This document shows, one piece after another, positions 28,192 to 38,589 of a stretch of 64,000 nucleotides of DNA. This DNA comes from Blautia sp. GTDB lineage: Bacteria; Bacillota; Clostridia; Lachnospirales; Lachnospiraceae. The stretch is taken from positions 10,314-74,313 of the forward strand of contig JALERH010000030.1 in assembly GCA_022764275.1 (NCBI GenBank), read 5' to 3'. Every line of letters begins with the position of its first letter. Within the stretch, counting starts at the first letter, position 1. The translations under genes and the position numbers were made by a program. The notes beneath the pieces were generated by a model. It ran no database searches. It saw nothing but the letters and a program-made list of their open reading frames with translations, and was not told where the DNA came from.

Positions 28192-29265
28192 TTACAACAC
28201 TTCGTTTAATACGGAAAGTCCGTATTCTGCCAGGCTGTTATCCTCCTCGCCGGTACCACCGCTGACTCCCAGTCCTCCGATAATGGTATCACCCACTTTA
28301 ATCGGAACACCGCCGCCAAAAATAACGATTTTGCCGCCATCCATCTTATCCACACCATAGAAGGTTTCGCCGGGCTGAGCCAATTTGGAAAGTTCCATTG
28401 TGGACATTTTTACAGCTACGGAGGTATAGGCTTTCTTTAAAGCAACGTCAAAGCTTACCAGAAACGCACCGTCCATTACATGTACCGCAATAGGATTCCC
28501 TTCCGGACCACAGATTGCAATGACTGCTTTCTTTCCACGCCTGTTTGCTTCCTGCTCGATTTTCTCAATGAGGCGTTTTGCGCTCTCCAGAGTGATTCTG
28601 CCCTGGATTCCCATGCGTTTTAATACTTCCTGGATGACAGCTTCGTCAGCTGCTGCTTTTGTAGTCTGCTCCATTGTCATACCCTTTCCTGCAGTCTGTG
28701 TTCCTCTGACAGCTTCTGCAACAGCCGGAGTGGTCTCCGTCTCTTTATTGGCACCTATTCCCGCTTCTTTGGCATCTGCATATCTGGCAAGAACATACAG
28801 ATAATCTGCCAGACGATTCATGTATTTTTTCGTTCCGGTGTCTGTTCCGAATTTTACACTGACAGCCGCGAGAGCTCGTTCTGCTCTTCTCGCCACCGTA
28901 CGTGCAACATCAATCTCTGCGGAAAGCCTGCATGCACCAGGAAGGATAAATTTTTTCGGACGGTCAAACAATGCTTCCATGCGGTCGATTTCTTCCTCCA
29001 GAAGCTCTGTCTTATCATCACTTATCTTGTATTCCCTGTTGTATGGATCAGCTACTCCTGCCATTATGGTAATGAGAGTTGCCTGGATTTTCTCCAGAAA
29101 ATGGATGATATCTCCGTCACTCAGCATGGTCTTCACCACACCGATATGGCTGGTCAGCTCATCTATGGTCCCTACAAGCTGGATCCTGTCATCCGACTTG
29201 GAGACATTTTTCGTATGAACAAGGCTCGTGGTGCCTTTATCCCCGCCCTTTGTGTATACATTCAT
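28192..29265 (-). CDS. pduO: ATP:cob(I)alamin adenosyltransferase with C-terminal haem-binding (GlcG-like) domain
   Basis: VYTKGGDKGTT, GTIDEL, ARTVARRAER, NRLADYLY; then AVHVMDGA...KKAYTS...FGGGVP...GGLGVSGG. Confidence 0.93.
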   Translation of the reverse strand: MNVYTKGGDKGTTSLVHTKNVSKSDDRIQLVGTIDELTSHIGVVKTMLSDGDIIHFLEKIQATLITIMAGVADPYNREYKISDDKTELLEEEIDRMEALFDRPKKFILPGACRLSAEIDVARTVARRAERALAAVSVKFGTDTGTKKYMNRLADYLYVLARYADAKEAGIGANKETETTPAVAEAVRGTQTAGKGMTMEQTTKAAADEAVIQEVLKRMGIQGRITLESAKRLIEKIEQEANRRGKKAVIAICGPEGNPIAVHVMDGAFLVSFDVALKKAYTSVAVKMSTMELSKLAQPGETFYGVDKMDGGKIVIFGGGVPIKVGDTIIGGLGVSGGTGEEDNSLAEYGLSVLNEVL

Positions 29266-29283
29266 AACGGCTATCCTCCAAAA

Positions 29284-29619
29284 CTAAATCACCGGTTTAA
29301 ACGGCATCTTTTTAATCGCTCTTGCACTGTTTGCCCCAAGATTACGACATTGCCAGAAGCGGGGCATGTTCAGCTCAAAAACATTTCTTCCTTTGGGAAG
29401 GCGTTCCATCTGCATTGCCAGACGCGCTCCCGTGATTCCGACTCCAGAGCCCAGCATGGATTCCTTTGCAGCCTCAAAGGCAAGCGTATCCAAATCTCCC
29501 TCATGGGATGAGACCTGGTAAAGTACACCCTCTTCCTCGATTCCTGCGCATACTTCCCGCAGAAGATCTTCGTCCGGCTCATTGGTGTAAATAATGATTG
29601 CAGGCTTATTAACTACCAT
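29284..29619 (-). CDS. pduH: Diol dehydratase reactivase small subunit
   Basis: VCAGIEEEGV...AAKESMLGSGVGI...RNLGANSAR; RBS AGGAGG at the 29619 start. Confidence 0.9.
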   Translation of the reverse strand: MVVNKPAIIIYTNEPDEDLLREVCAGIEEEGVLYQVSSHEGDLDTLAFEAAKESMLGSGVGITGARLAMQMERLPKGRNVFELNMPRFWQCRNLGANSARAIKKMPFKPVI

Positions 29620-29685
29620 GCTCTCCTCCTGCCATCTGTAAACAGAAAGCATCTGTTTACTTACCATGGCGTATCTCTATCACTC

Positions 29686-31500
29686 TTATCTGTCGCTCAG
29701 ATAAGACAATAACAATCCTGTGGCAACTGCATTTCGCGGTCCCTCGCAGCCACGGATATTTCCACGGCCGCAGACAATGCGGTATTCAGAAAGAGCTTCC
29801 ATCAGCATCTCCGGAATCTCAAAGTCTTCGGCAGACCCGCCAACCAGCACCACGTTTGGTATTTTTCGTAAATCATGTTCCGGTGCAACTGTACGCAAAG
29901 CTCTGATGGCATTTCGTACAAACACTTTCTTCTTCGCATCCCTTCTCACTTCCAGAATGCGCTCCATAGGAATGTCTTCCTCAACCTTCAGCATCTCGCC
30001 CGGAGCAAGGAGCACCACATGCCCATAATACCTCGGATCAATGGAATCCTCGAAAAACTGCATAGCGCCGTTTTCCAGACGCATATGAAACAGGCTCTCC
30101 ACTTTTCCCATAGGATATTTTTTAATCTGTTCGGCTGTCACACGGCTGTGAAGTCCCAGTTCTGTCTGAATCAGCATGGAAACAAGTTCGCCGGCACCTG
30201 CCTGATGCGTCGTTCGCACACTTCCATCCGGCCCCAGAACCGCCGCATCTGTAGACCCGCCTCCCATATCCAGAATGGCAAGGGGAAGCTTTGTCCCCGG
30301 TGTGGTCATTGCACCAAGGGATGCCATGACAGCCTCCACACCTGCTACCACAGCCTTTATATGAAGTTCACTTTCCAGACGCTTTGCAATCTGCTGCATG
30401 GGAAGATGCTGTGTCTTTACCATAGCGGCAATTCCCACTGCCTTTTCCATACAGGTTTCTCCTGCAAGAGAACCGGATATCTCCACCGGTGCAAGGGTAT
30501 CGACAGCCAGGATATCTGTAATCCGGATATGATTTTCCTGTGACTGAGCCACATCCGCCATACTGGTCTTGATCCGGTTCAGCATATTTCCTACATTCGT
30601 ATCCTGCTGACCGTCAATATCACGGATTTCACCGGCATCCGTCAGCGTCTTCATAATATCATCTGCTCCGGCATCAATATTCACGCATAAATCCTGATCA
30701 CCGTGGAAGGTGATCTCACCAGCCGGAAGGACATTCTCCCTGATGTTTCCGTGAGGGGTCTTAATGACCACTGCACTCCGTTTTCCAACAAGGCTCTTTG
30801 CAATAGGAGTGACTGCTTTCGTTTCCTCTGCATTCAGCCCCAGAAGAGTGGCAATTCCATAAGGATTGGAAAGCATCCGAATCGTAGTCCCGGGAAGTGC
30901 CACCTCAATGGCAGCCAGCTTTCCCTCGGGAATCTTACTGATATGGCGTACTTCATCCACAATCGGGATTGGTCTGTTCAGTCGGTTCTCCACAAGAACA
31001 GCTTCATCTGCCTGGAGGATCAGCCCTCTGATGTCAAGCTCAGGAATATGCTGATTCATTCTTGCAGCAACCTCTTCATAGGAAAATTTATTGGACGCGG
31101 CAATGATATAGGCTGTACCCGGTTTTCCCTTCCAGATATTTTCCAGAAGAAGGAGTTCTCCTACCGCTTCCCCTGCACCTGCAGGCGTGGAAGGATTGTG
31201 TCCGATCATAGAGGATTCCGTGATAATGGTCTCCGTAATGGTCTCCATTGCCGTATCACCAATAACAGGAGCCGCTTCATTCAGGCGCACCAGATCAAGG
31301 GCACTCAAAGGCTGATGAATCTTATCCATTGCCTCCAGAAGAGCCGCCTTAATCCCGTGAACATTCGGAATGGTTCCCTTGGTTCCGGTTGTCATACGGG
31401 AAGCGCTTGAGAGGAAATGGAATTTTCCATTGTCCTCCACGCCTCCGATACATACTTCAGTTGTGGAATTTCCTATGTCAACACCAGCAATCAGTTTCAA
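29686..31500 (-). CDS. pduG: Diol dehydratase reactivase large subunit
   Basis: AGVDIGNSTTE, LIRLNEAAPVIGD, ILDMGGGSTDA, VVLVGGSA, GPRNAVATG. Confidence 0.96.
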   Translation of the reverse strand: MKLIAGVDIGNSTTEVCIGGVEDNGKFHFLSSASRMTTGTKGTIPNVHGIKAALLEAMDKIHQPLSALDLVRLNEAAPVIGDTAMETITETIITESSMIGHNPSTPAGAGEAVGELLLLENIWKGKPGTAYIIAASNKFSYEEVAARMNQHIPELDIRGLILQADEAVLVENRLNRPIPIVDEVRHISKIPEGKLAAIEVALPGTTIRMLSNPYGIATLLGLNAEETKAVTPIAKSLVGKRSAVVIKTPHGNIRENVLPAGEITFHGDQDLCVNIDAGADDIMKTLTDAGEIRDIDGQQDTNVGNMLNRIKTSMADVAQSQENHIRITDILAVDTLAPVEISGSLAGETCMEKAVGIAAMVKTQHLPMQQIAKRLESELHIKAVVAGVEAVMASLGAMTTPGTKLPLAILDMGGGSTDAAVLGPDGSVRTTHQAGAGELVSMLIQTELGLHSRVTAEQIKKYPMGKVESLFHMRLENGAMQFFEDSIDPRYYGHVVLLAPGEMLKVEEDIPMERILEVRRDAKKKVFVRNAIRALRTVAPEHDLRKIPNVVLVGGSAEDFEIPEMLMEALSEYRIVCGRGNIRGCEGPRNAVATGLLLSYLSDR

Positions 31501-31892
31501 AGAAGAATTCCCCTTTTTTCATAAATTTCTGCAGCTTCCAGTACCAGCTTTGCACAGTGTGGTGCATGATACTTTTCCAAAAGCTCCTGCGCGATCAGAA
31601 GAAGCTCGCGTTTTGTGGAGCGGTTTGGACGAAGCTTGTTGTACATATTCAAAATCACATCGTCAGGAACATTTACCAGCTCAGCGGCACGATCAAAGTT
31701 TGCCTCCATCTGGGGATTGTCAGCCTCAGCTGCAACCTGTCCCTGCCGTTTCAACATTTCAGAAGAGATTTTAATATCTTCTGCTGTAACATTGCCGCGC
31801 TTTACCTCATCAAGGGTAATCTCAGAAAGTTTCTTTCCGGTCTTGGAGGTAATGGTATCGGCTTCGTTGCGTCCTAAAGGATAATTGCTCAT
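31497..31892 (-). CDS. pduE: B12-dependent diol dehydratase small subunit
   Basis: YPL...TGKKLSEITL...NFDRAAEL...YNKLRPNRSTK...EAAEIYEKR. Confidence 0.95.
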   Translation of the reverse strand: MSNYPLGRNEADTITSKTGKKLSEITLDEVKRGNVTAEDIKISSEMLKRQGQVAAEADNPQMEANFDRAAELVNVPDDVILNMYNKLRPNRSTKRELLLIAQELLEKYHAPHCAKLVLEAAEIYEKRGILL

Positions 31893-32584
31893 CTTGTGCC
31901 CTCCCATTCAATCATGCCCATTTCCGGGTCAAGCTGCTCTGTCTCAATAATATGCATAAGAGCTGCCTTTACCTGGTATTTTGCACGAACCATAGGGTCG
32001 TTGGTACACTCGATGGGTGTTACCTTTTCCCCTTTTACGTATTTTGCAGCATTTCTGCCGATCTTACGATAAGTGTCGAGATCCATCAGCGGTGCCTGTG
32101 GGAAAAGCTCAAGGTTTGACAGCGGATACAGGTCTTTCTGGTGAATTACCGTTGTACCCTTTGACTGGATTCCGATACCGATTCCGGAACCGGAAAGCTT
32201 TGCTGCCTCCAACGCCATGAAGCCCACATCTGAGGTATCCAGAACCTTCACAACACGTGAAGTCATGCCTTCCTCCTCAATGCCTGCTTTCACATTACGA
32301 AGCACGTCATCCAGCGGAATTCCGCCCATGGTGGCGTTGATCTCTGTCTGGAAAGCTGCCCCTACACCGATGACAACTTCTTTAGGGTCAGTTCCTTTTG
32401 CGGCTTTTGCGGCTCCTGCGTAGGAACGCTTCGGACGCATTCTCGTTCTTCCGGCAAGACCGGAAGTGCCTGCCGGTGAACTGCTTCCGGCATCCGATGT
32501 GGTCTGGGGCTGTGCATTTTTTTTCTGCAACTGCTCCACGACCGCTTTGGTAATGGCCTGTATCAGTTGATCATTCATCTCCAT
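31889..32584 (-). CDS. pduD: B12-dependent diol dehydratase medium subunit
   Basis: EVVIGVGAAF, AGIEEEG, SGSGIGIGIQSKGT, LELFPQAP; N-terminal amphipathic helix. Confidence 0.96.
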   Translation of the reverse strand: MEMNDQLIQAITKAVVEQLQKKNAQPQTTSDAGSSSPAGTSGLAGRTRMRPKRSYAGAAKAAKGTDPKEVVIGVGAAFQTEINATMGGIPLDDVLRNVKAGIEEEGMTSRVVKVLDTSDVGFMALEAAKLSGSGIGIGIQSKGTTVIHQKDLYPLSNLELFPQAPLMDLDTYRKIGRNAAKYVKGEKVTPIECTNDPMVRAKYQVKAALMHIIETEQLDPEMGMIEWEGTR

Positions 32585-32595
32585 GGCACAGCCTC

Positions 32596-34260
32596 CTAAA
32601 ATTCATTTACATTAATTCTGTGAGGAATTGCTTTGATTTCCTCCCAGCGTTTTCCTGTTACACGATATCCGGTTCCGGGGCCCATGTAGTCGTTCGGAGT
32701 ATTCACACCGGACATTACCTGGAAATTCTCATCCAGAATCGCTGCGGTATGCATATAATCTCCGATCACACGCTGTTTCAGCATGTTCAGAATGCTTTGA
32801 GCAAGCTCTTCAAAGCCACTCTCTGCAAGAGCCTTTACCACATCAATTCCGGTAATGCCTCGCTTCATCAGGTCATCTGCTGCCATAATGTCTGCTGCGG
32901 AATCACGGTTTAAAGTGTCCTTACTTCCATGTGCGTAGGTAACTGCCTCCACCTGCTCATCTGTGATCTCGGTGAGTCCAAGATATTTGAACACAGCCTG
33001 AACCGCTTTTCCGGCAAGGTTACGTACACGGATTACTTCTTCCTCTGTTACCGGACGAAGGCCGCCGTCCACCTGCATATCTCTCTGCATGACATTATAA
33101 TCATCAAAGTCTTCCGCATCAAAGTTGGAACCGGCGAACATATTATCATAGTTTGGTTCTGCCGCATATCCGGAGAAGATAAAGTCTGTACCTGGCATAA
33201 ACTGCAGCATGGTTCTGGCTGTCCTTCGCATATCGGAATTGGAAAAGCTCTGGTCATTGGAGGAAGCACATTCCAGTCCAAGAAGTGCTGCCACCAGGTT
33301 CTCACCCATGACTTCCCGGATTCCTGCCGGAACACCGGCTGCAACGCCGATACAGCTTACGGAACCATTCTGGATACCCTGGGAACCTGCACCTTTTGTC
33401 ACATACAGACATCTGCATTCCAGGTAAAGCATGGATTTCATCTCACTGCTTCCCATCAGAACTTCAGAACCTGCACCGGAGGTAAATCTTACCTTCAGAC
33501 CTCTTGATGCATAAGCGGAATTCAGGAATGCCTTGGAATAAGGGGTATCATCACCGTCTACGAAAACTTTTTCCGTACCATATACGGAAAGGGTTTCTGC
33601 ATAAGTGGTAAAGCCGCGGATTCCGAGCTCCAGCTCAGTTGCTTCCTCTGCGGAGCACTGTGTCAGGACACCTTTTCTCCCTGCCTGGGAACCGATCAGA
33701 AGTGCAATGGAGCTAAATGGTGCGTAACGGGCTACCCCCATGGTAGTCTCCTCTTCGCTGAAACCACGAAGAGCACCTTCTGCCGCATCTGCTGCTATCT
33801 GAACCGGATCATCCTTCAGATTGGTGATATGCGCCTGGTTTCCCGGCACTTTTCTGGCACGCATCTTCTGCATCCCCATCATCATTTCCACTACGTTCAG
33901 ATAGTTAATGACCTCCACCATTTTCGCCGGTGTAATACCGGATACAATGGTCAGAATTTCTTTTCTTGTTGTCTGGATATCCACGATTTTTCTCGCGATT
34001 TCCAAAGAAGAAATCGCCATGGATTCCTCAGCTCTGTCTATGCGAATCGCATAATCAGCAATAAACTGATCCAGGAAGTCGAAATCTTCTCTCTTCTTCC
34101 CATCCAGTTCTGTGATTACGCCATTCTTTACTTTTACAGAGGGCTTTGGATCATAGGGGCTGCTCATTGCGACAAAGCCCATCTCCGGCCATTCGTCGAT
34201 AAACCCGTCTTTATTTACAGCTCTTTTGTCCAAAGTCTCAATTCTTTTCGATCTTTTCAT
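32596..34260 (-). CDS. pduC: B12-dependent diol dehydratase large subunit
   Basis: MKRSKR...RAVNKDGF, QAHITN, EEETT, QCSAEEATEL, YAETLSVYGTE, GDDTPYSK, NMFAGSNFD. Confidence 0.97.
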   Translation of the reverse strand: MKRSKRIETLDKRAVNKDGFIDEWPEMGFVAMSSPYDPKPSVKVKNGVITELDGKKREDFDFLDQFIADYAIRIDRAEESMAISSLEIARKIVDIQTTRKEILTIVSGITPAKMVEVINYLNVVEMMMGMQKMRARKVPGNQAHITNLKDDPVQIAADAAEGALRGFSEEETTMGVARYAPFSSIALLIGSQAGRKGVLTQCSAEEATELELGIRGFTTYAETLSVYGTEKVFVDGDDTPYSKAFLNSAYASRGLKVRFTSGAGSEVLMGSSEMKSMLYLECRCLYVTKGAGSQGIQNGSVSCIGVAAGVPAGIREVMGENLVAALLGLECASSNDQSFSNSDMRRTARTMLQFMPGTDFIFSGYAAEPNYDNMFAGSNFDAEDFDDYNVMQRDMQVDGGLRPVTEEEVIRVRNLAGKAVQAVFKYLGLTEITDEQVEAVTYAHGSKDTLNRDSAADIMAADDLMKRGITGIDVVKALAESGFEELAQSILNMLKQRVIGDYMHTAAILDENFQVMSGVNTPNDYMGPGTGYRVTGKRWEEIKAIPHRINVNEF

Positions 34261-34360
34261 AGCTTCTACCTTTTCTATAAAAAAGAATCGTATCTGTTCA
34301 GTACCTTCACAGAAAAGAATCTTAATTATTTTTTATGTACAAAACCATAGCTTCCCGAAA

Positions 34361-35512
34361 TCAGAAAGACCACAGCTTTGTATAGATTTTTACGATATCT
34401 TCCTTGGTCGGAACTCTCGGATTGTTTGCTGTGCATGCATCTGCCAGCGCTGCATCTGCCATCTTGTCAATTGCGGCAAAATAAGCATCCGGAGTAATGG
34501 TTCCAAGCTCCTGGATCGTCAGCGGAATGTTCATTTCCTTCTGCATGAACTGAATCCAGTTTACCAGGGATCTCACCGTCATAACTTTATTGTAATTGCT
34601 TAATCCAAGAATGTGTGCGATATTTGAATACCGTTTCACTGCCGGAAGGTACTCCTTCTGACTCCTGCTGTGTTTGTTGATGTCCGCATTAAACTCAACA
34701 ATATGAGGGAGCAGCATTGCATTTGCCCGTCCGTGAGGAATATGGAAAATTGCTCCGAGCTGATGTGCCATACTGTGCGTAATTCCAAGACCTGCCGTAT
34801 TAAAAGAAAGTCCCGCAAGACAGGATGCCACGTGCATCTTCTGGCGGGCATGCATGTCATTTCCGTCCAGATATGCTCTCAGCAGGAATACTCCGCAGAT
34901 TTCAATGGCTTTCTCAGCAAGTGCGGAAGAAAACTCATTGTGCTGCGTGCTTACATAAGACTCCAGTGCATGGGTGAAAACATCCATTCCCGTATCTGCC
35001 GTAATCGCAGGCGGAACACTTCTGACAAGCTCTGCATCCAGAATCGCCTCATCGGCTGTCAGGCTGTCAGATATAAGAGGATATTTCACATGTGCATCTG
35101 TATCATTTACAACAGCAAAAGAGGTTACCTCAGAGCCTGTTCCGCTTGTGGTGGGAATGGCAATCAGGCCAACCTTACCATAGTTGTTGATTTTTAAAGC
35201 AAACTCACGGATCGCCTTGGATGAATCGATGGCAGAACCGCCACCCACAGCCACAATTGCTTCCGGCTGATACTGCAGGAATTTGCTTACACCCTCCGCG
35301 ATTTTTCCAACAGGTGCATCCGGAACAACATCACTGAAGATGTCATATTCAATGCCGCCCTGCTTCAAAGGCGTAGTGATCAGATCGATCATGTTCCCCT
35401 GTGCAATAAAAGGGTCTGTGATGATCAGAACGCGTTTGTATGGAAGGTTCTTCAGTCTCTCCAGTGCATTGTCGCCGAAATGGATGACTGTTTTCATTTC
35501 AAAGGTCTTCAT
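34361..35512 (-). CDS. pduQ: Fe-containing 1-propanol dehydrogenase
   Basis: AVGGGSAID, IPTTSGTGSEVT, TGMDVFTHALE, HSMAHQLG, PHGRANA. Confidence 0.88.
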   Translation of the reverse strand: MKTFEMKTVIHFGDNALERLKNLPYKRVLIITDPFIAQGNMIDLITTPLKQGGIEYDIFSDVVPDAPVGKIAEGVSKFLQYQPEAIVAVGGGSAIDSSKAIREFALKINNYGKVGLIAIPTTSGTGSEVTSFAVVNDTDAHVKYPLISDSLTADEAILDAELVRSVPPAITADTGMDVFTHALESYVSTQHNEFSSALAEKAIEICGVFLLRAYLDGNDMHARQKMHVASCLAGLSFNTAGLGITHSMAHQLGAIFHIPHGRANAMLLPHIVEFNADINKHSRSQKEYLPAVKRYSNIAHILGLSNYNKVMTVRSLVNWIQFMQKEMNIPLTIQELGTITPDAYFAAIDKMADAALADACTANNPRVPTKEDIVKIYTKLWSF

Positions 35513-35538
35513 ATATGATGCTCCTTTTCCAGTGGATG

Positions 35539-36303
35539 TTATGACGGATATTTACATTCCACTCCTTCTTCTTCAAACAGCTTAAGCCATTTGTCCGAAG
35601 GCTTCGTATCTGTCACAACGATTTCCACATCCCGCAGTTTTCCGGCAACAGAAAATGCGGTCTGGTCAAATTTTGTACTGTCTACTACCAGAATTCTCCT
35701 CCGTCCGGAGGCTATCATGGCTTTTTTTGCTGAGCCGAAAGCTTCCTGTGATTCCATAATTCCCCAGCCCATATCCAGTGCCTTACAGGAAAAGATAACC
35801 GTGTCCACAAAGTAGGAACGAATCACTTCTTCTGTCCTGGAACCGAGACATGCGAGGTATCCCTCCTTCACCACTCCCCCGGTGGAAATGATATTCCAGC
35901 CTGACACATCTGCCAGTTCCAGAAGAATTTCCATGGAGTTTGTAATGACAGTCAGACGATTCTTCTCCTTCAGGGCTTTTGCAACGAAAACGGCTGTGGT
36001 ACTGGCATCGAGAAAAAGATGTTCTCCCTCATGCACCAGCGATGCCACAATTTCTGCCATTTTCTGCTTTCCCACCACATTCTGGTTTTTCCTGACGTTG
36101 AAGGGCAAATCAATGCTGATATCCTCGTTGATCACAGCCCCACCGTAACTTTTCGTGGCAAGCCCTTCTTTTTCCAGCTTGTCCAGGTCACGGCGTATCG
36201 TCTCTTCCGAGACATTGTAAAGCTGGCTGAGTTCGCTTACTACAACCCGCTTTTCTTCCTGCAGTTTCTCAAGGATCAGATTCCGTCTCTCTAACGCTAG
36301 CAT
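35539..36303 (-). CDS. DeoR/GlpR-family regulator
   Basis: VSEETIRRDL HTH, FLDASTT, ITNS, LVVDSTKF; RBS AGGAGG. Confidence 0.93.
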   Translation of the reverse strand: MLALERRNLILEKLQEEKRVVVSELSQLYNVSEETIRRDLDKLEKEGLATKSYGGAVINEDISIDLPFNVRKNQNVVGKQKMAEIVASLVHEGEHLFLDASTTAVFVAKALKEKNRLTVITNSMEILLELADVSGWNIISTGGVVKEGYLACLGSRTEEVIRSYFVDTVIFSCKALDMGWGIMESQEAFGSAKKAMIASGRRRILVVDSTKFDQTAFSVAGKLRDVEIVVTDTKPSDKWLKLFEEEGVECKYPS

Positions 36304-36340
36304 AGTCTCCTGCCTCCTTTTGAGGTATCGTGGTATGATA

Positions 36341-36889
36341 TTAGAGAATGCTGTCAATCATACGCCTGTCAGGATGGGCAATAACAGAAGAATCCAGATA
36401 CATACCCTTTTCTGCAACAAGCTCTTTTGCTCTCTGAATAGATGCTTCCACTGCGGAAACTTCTCCGGTAATCATCATATAGGATTTACCGCACATACCT
36501 TTTGCAATACGGAGCTCAATCAGCTCCACGATTGCTGTTTTGGCTGCCTGATCAGCGGCTTCGATAATGGAAGCGGCATCGTAAGTCTCAAGGATTCCCA
36601 GAGCACTGATCTCCTCCACCTGAGTGGTTCCATAGATAGCCGGGAAAATAGACTCATGCGGATTGCCCAGCACAAAACTGTCGATACATTTATCTTCGTA
36701 TGTTGTCACAGCCGCATCAACGGCAGCCTTCACCGCACTTAAATCACCGGTAATAATTGCAATATATTTGCCCGGACACACGGTCTGCGCCTCGACGATT
36801 TCGACATCAGATGTCTTAACCATAGCATCTGCTGCCATTACGCCGGTGGCTGTGGTTTTAAATTCAATCATTCCGATTGCTTTACTCAT
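36341..36889 (-). CDS. pduT: Tandem-domain BMC shell protein (PduT-like)
   Basis: Two BMC domains; TVCPGKY Fe-S cysteine. Confidence 0.88.
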   Translation of the reverse strand: MSKAIGMIEFKTTATGVMAADAMVKTSDVEIVEAQTVCPGKYIAIITGDLSAVKAAVDAAVTTYEDKCIDSFVLGNPHESIFPAIYGTTQVEEISALGILETYDAASIIEAADQAAKTAIVELIELRIAKGMCGKSYMMITGEVSAVEASIQRAKELVAEKGMYLDSSVIAHPDRRMIDSIL

Positions 36890-36905
36890 GTTCTGCACGT
36901 CCTTT

Positions 36906-38234
36906 CTACTTCTTTGCAATTATAATGTGGCGGTCTGTCACTTCGGTTACTTTTCCACAGATGGATGCATGGATGCCGACGCTTAATCCGTTGGCAGGCT
37001 GTGCGATCATCTGTCCTCTTGTCACTTCATCGCCTACTTTTACAATCGCCTGGGCCGGTGCTCCGATGTGCTGGCTCAAAAGAATCTTCACCTTTGGAAT
37101 ACCCACTAAGGTCTCATCCATTGGTGCATCCTTGTCGTACCTGGTCAGGGCAAGACGTGCCATCAGTCGTTCTTCCGGTACTTTGCGGTATGCCCTGGAT
37201 TCCTTTATAGGAGCTGGCTGTACTCCCTGAGGAGGACGGATTCCTCCTTTGCGAAGTCCTGCTTTCATGTCAGCCAGAAGGGTTCTGGGTGCCAGGCTCT
37301 GCGGACAGGAATACATCTCACATACTCCACAGGAACTGCAGAAGCTTGCATCGATATATGGATTCAGATCTCTGAAATCCTGATTGGATGCTGCTCTCAT
37401 AAACAGTGCCGGGTCAATGGGATGTCCAAGGTTGTTACGCGGACAAAGGTCCGTACAGGTTTCACAATGGCAGCAGATAGATGCTGCACGTTTTAAATCT
37501 ATGGAAGAAGTGCGAAGCTTCTTCTGTACGATTACATGATCCTTTGGAAGAACCAGAATCGCATTCGTCGTTTTTGTTACCGGTTCAGAACCGCTGCCGA
37601 TACGTCCCATCATAGGACCACCGATAAAGTATACCGGATCCTTAACGGTCACACCGCCTGCCTGGGCAACTACATCATCCATTGTACAGCCGAGCGGAAC
37701 GCGGACTGTAACCGGATGGTTTACCTCTGCAACAACGGATACGTATTTGTCCGTTACCGGCATCTGTTTTTCCACTGCACGGTAAACGTTGTAGATTGTC
37801 TCTACATTGAATACGGCCACGCCCTGTTCAATAGGCAGACCGCCGGGTCTTACCACCCGGCCGGTTGCCTCATAGATCAGGACAACCTCATCTCCCATAG
37901 GATACACTTCATCAAGGAGGTGAATCCTCATATTCGGGAATTCTTCAATATGCTGGTTTAAAGCATTCACAGTCTGTACATAAGATTTTTTTATTCCAAT
38001 AATGGCCTCGGATGCGCCTACGGTCTCCGCCACCAGATTAAAGGTCTTCATAATCTCATATGCGTGCTTTTCCAGTAACTGTCTGTGTAGTTTCAGTAAA
38101 GGCTCGCATTCTGCACAATTCATGAGAATCGTGTCTGCCTTATCGCTCAGCTTCATATAGGTAGGGAAGCCTGCGCCACCGGCACCAACTACACCGTTCT
38201 CCTGTATAATGTTCTGTAATTCTTTGATATCCAT
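36906..38234 (-). CDS. pduS: PduS-like cobalamin reductase (RnfC-like flavin/Fe-S protein)
   Basis: GAGGAGFPT, NCAECEP, CCHCETCTDLCP, CSSCGVCEMYSCP, C-terminal QHIGAPA barrel. Confidence 0.9.
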   Translation of the reverse strand: MDIKELQNIIQENGVVGAGGAGFPTYMKLSDKADTILMNCAECEPLLKLHRQLLEKHAYEIMKTFNLVAETVGASEAIIGIKKSYVQTVNALNQHIEEFPNMRIHLLDEVYPMGDEVVLIYEATGRVVRPGGLPIEQGVAVFNVETIYNVYRAVEKQMPVTDKYVSVVAEVNHPVTVRVPLGCTMDDVVAQAGGVTVKDPVYFIGGPMMGRIGSGSEPVTKTTNAILVLPKDHVIVQKKLRTSSIDLKRAASICCHCETCTDLCPRNNLGHPIDPALFMRAASNQDFRDLNPYIDASFCSSCGVCEMYSCPQSLAPRTLLADMKAGLRKGGIRPPQGVQPAPIKESRAYRKVPEERLMARLALTRYDKDAPMDETLVGIPKVKILLSQHIGAPAQAIVKVGDEVTRGQMIAQPANGLSVGIHASICGKVTEVTDRHIIIAKK

Positions 38235-38238
38235 GGCG

Positions 38239-38505
38239 TTACTCCAATCCTGCACCGTCATCGATGATACCCACGATGGCAGCATCTACCGGTGCTGTTT
38301 CTACGCCGCAGCCAATTCTTGCTGCGCTTCCCTGTGCCACCAATACATATTCTCCGATTCCTGCACCGATGATATCGATTGCAACAATCTGACTGAGGTC
38401 ACCTTTCATATGATGCACCGGCTCCACAATCATAAATTTATTTCCAATCAGTTTTTCACTTTTTCGTGTGGATACCACGCTTCCTACTACTTTGCCTACA
38501 ATCAT
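38239..38505 (-). CDS. pduN: BMC pentamer (EutN/CcmL/PduN)
   Basis: GKVVGSVVSTRK...AIDIIGAGIGE...GSAAR...DAAIVGIID. Confidence 0.93.
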   Translation of the reverse strand: MIVGKVVGSVVSTRKSEKLIGNKFMIVEPVHHMKGDLSQIVAIDIIGAGIGEYVLVAQGSAARIGCGVETAPVDAAIVGIIDDGAGLE

Positions 38506-38541
38506 ATGAGCCTCCAAAAAAATTTGTGTTAATTCTCCACT

Positions 38542-38565
38542 GCCGATGGCAGAATTGCCATCGGC
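38542..38565. repeat. Intra-operon 10-bp stem-loop between pduL and pduN
   Basis: GCCGATGGCA-GAAT-TGCCATCGGC; no immediate U-tract on the sense strand. Confidence 0.7.
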
Positions 38566-38589
38566 TGTGCGGATGAATTGATTCTTTTT

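Noticed and set aside
27985-28209. 74-aa hydrophobic ORF resembling a small membrane toxin
   Set aside because: Its TTG start is the -35 hexamer itself, there is no RBS, and the Phe/Tyr richness simply reflects T-rich DNA.
28192-28680. Haem-binding domain fused to PduO as a novelty
   Set aside because: This two-domain architecture is already known from Salmonella PduO; a possible internal start at 28674/28680 has only a weak SD.
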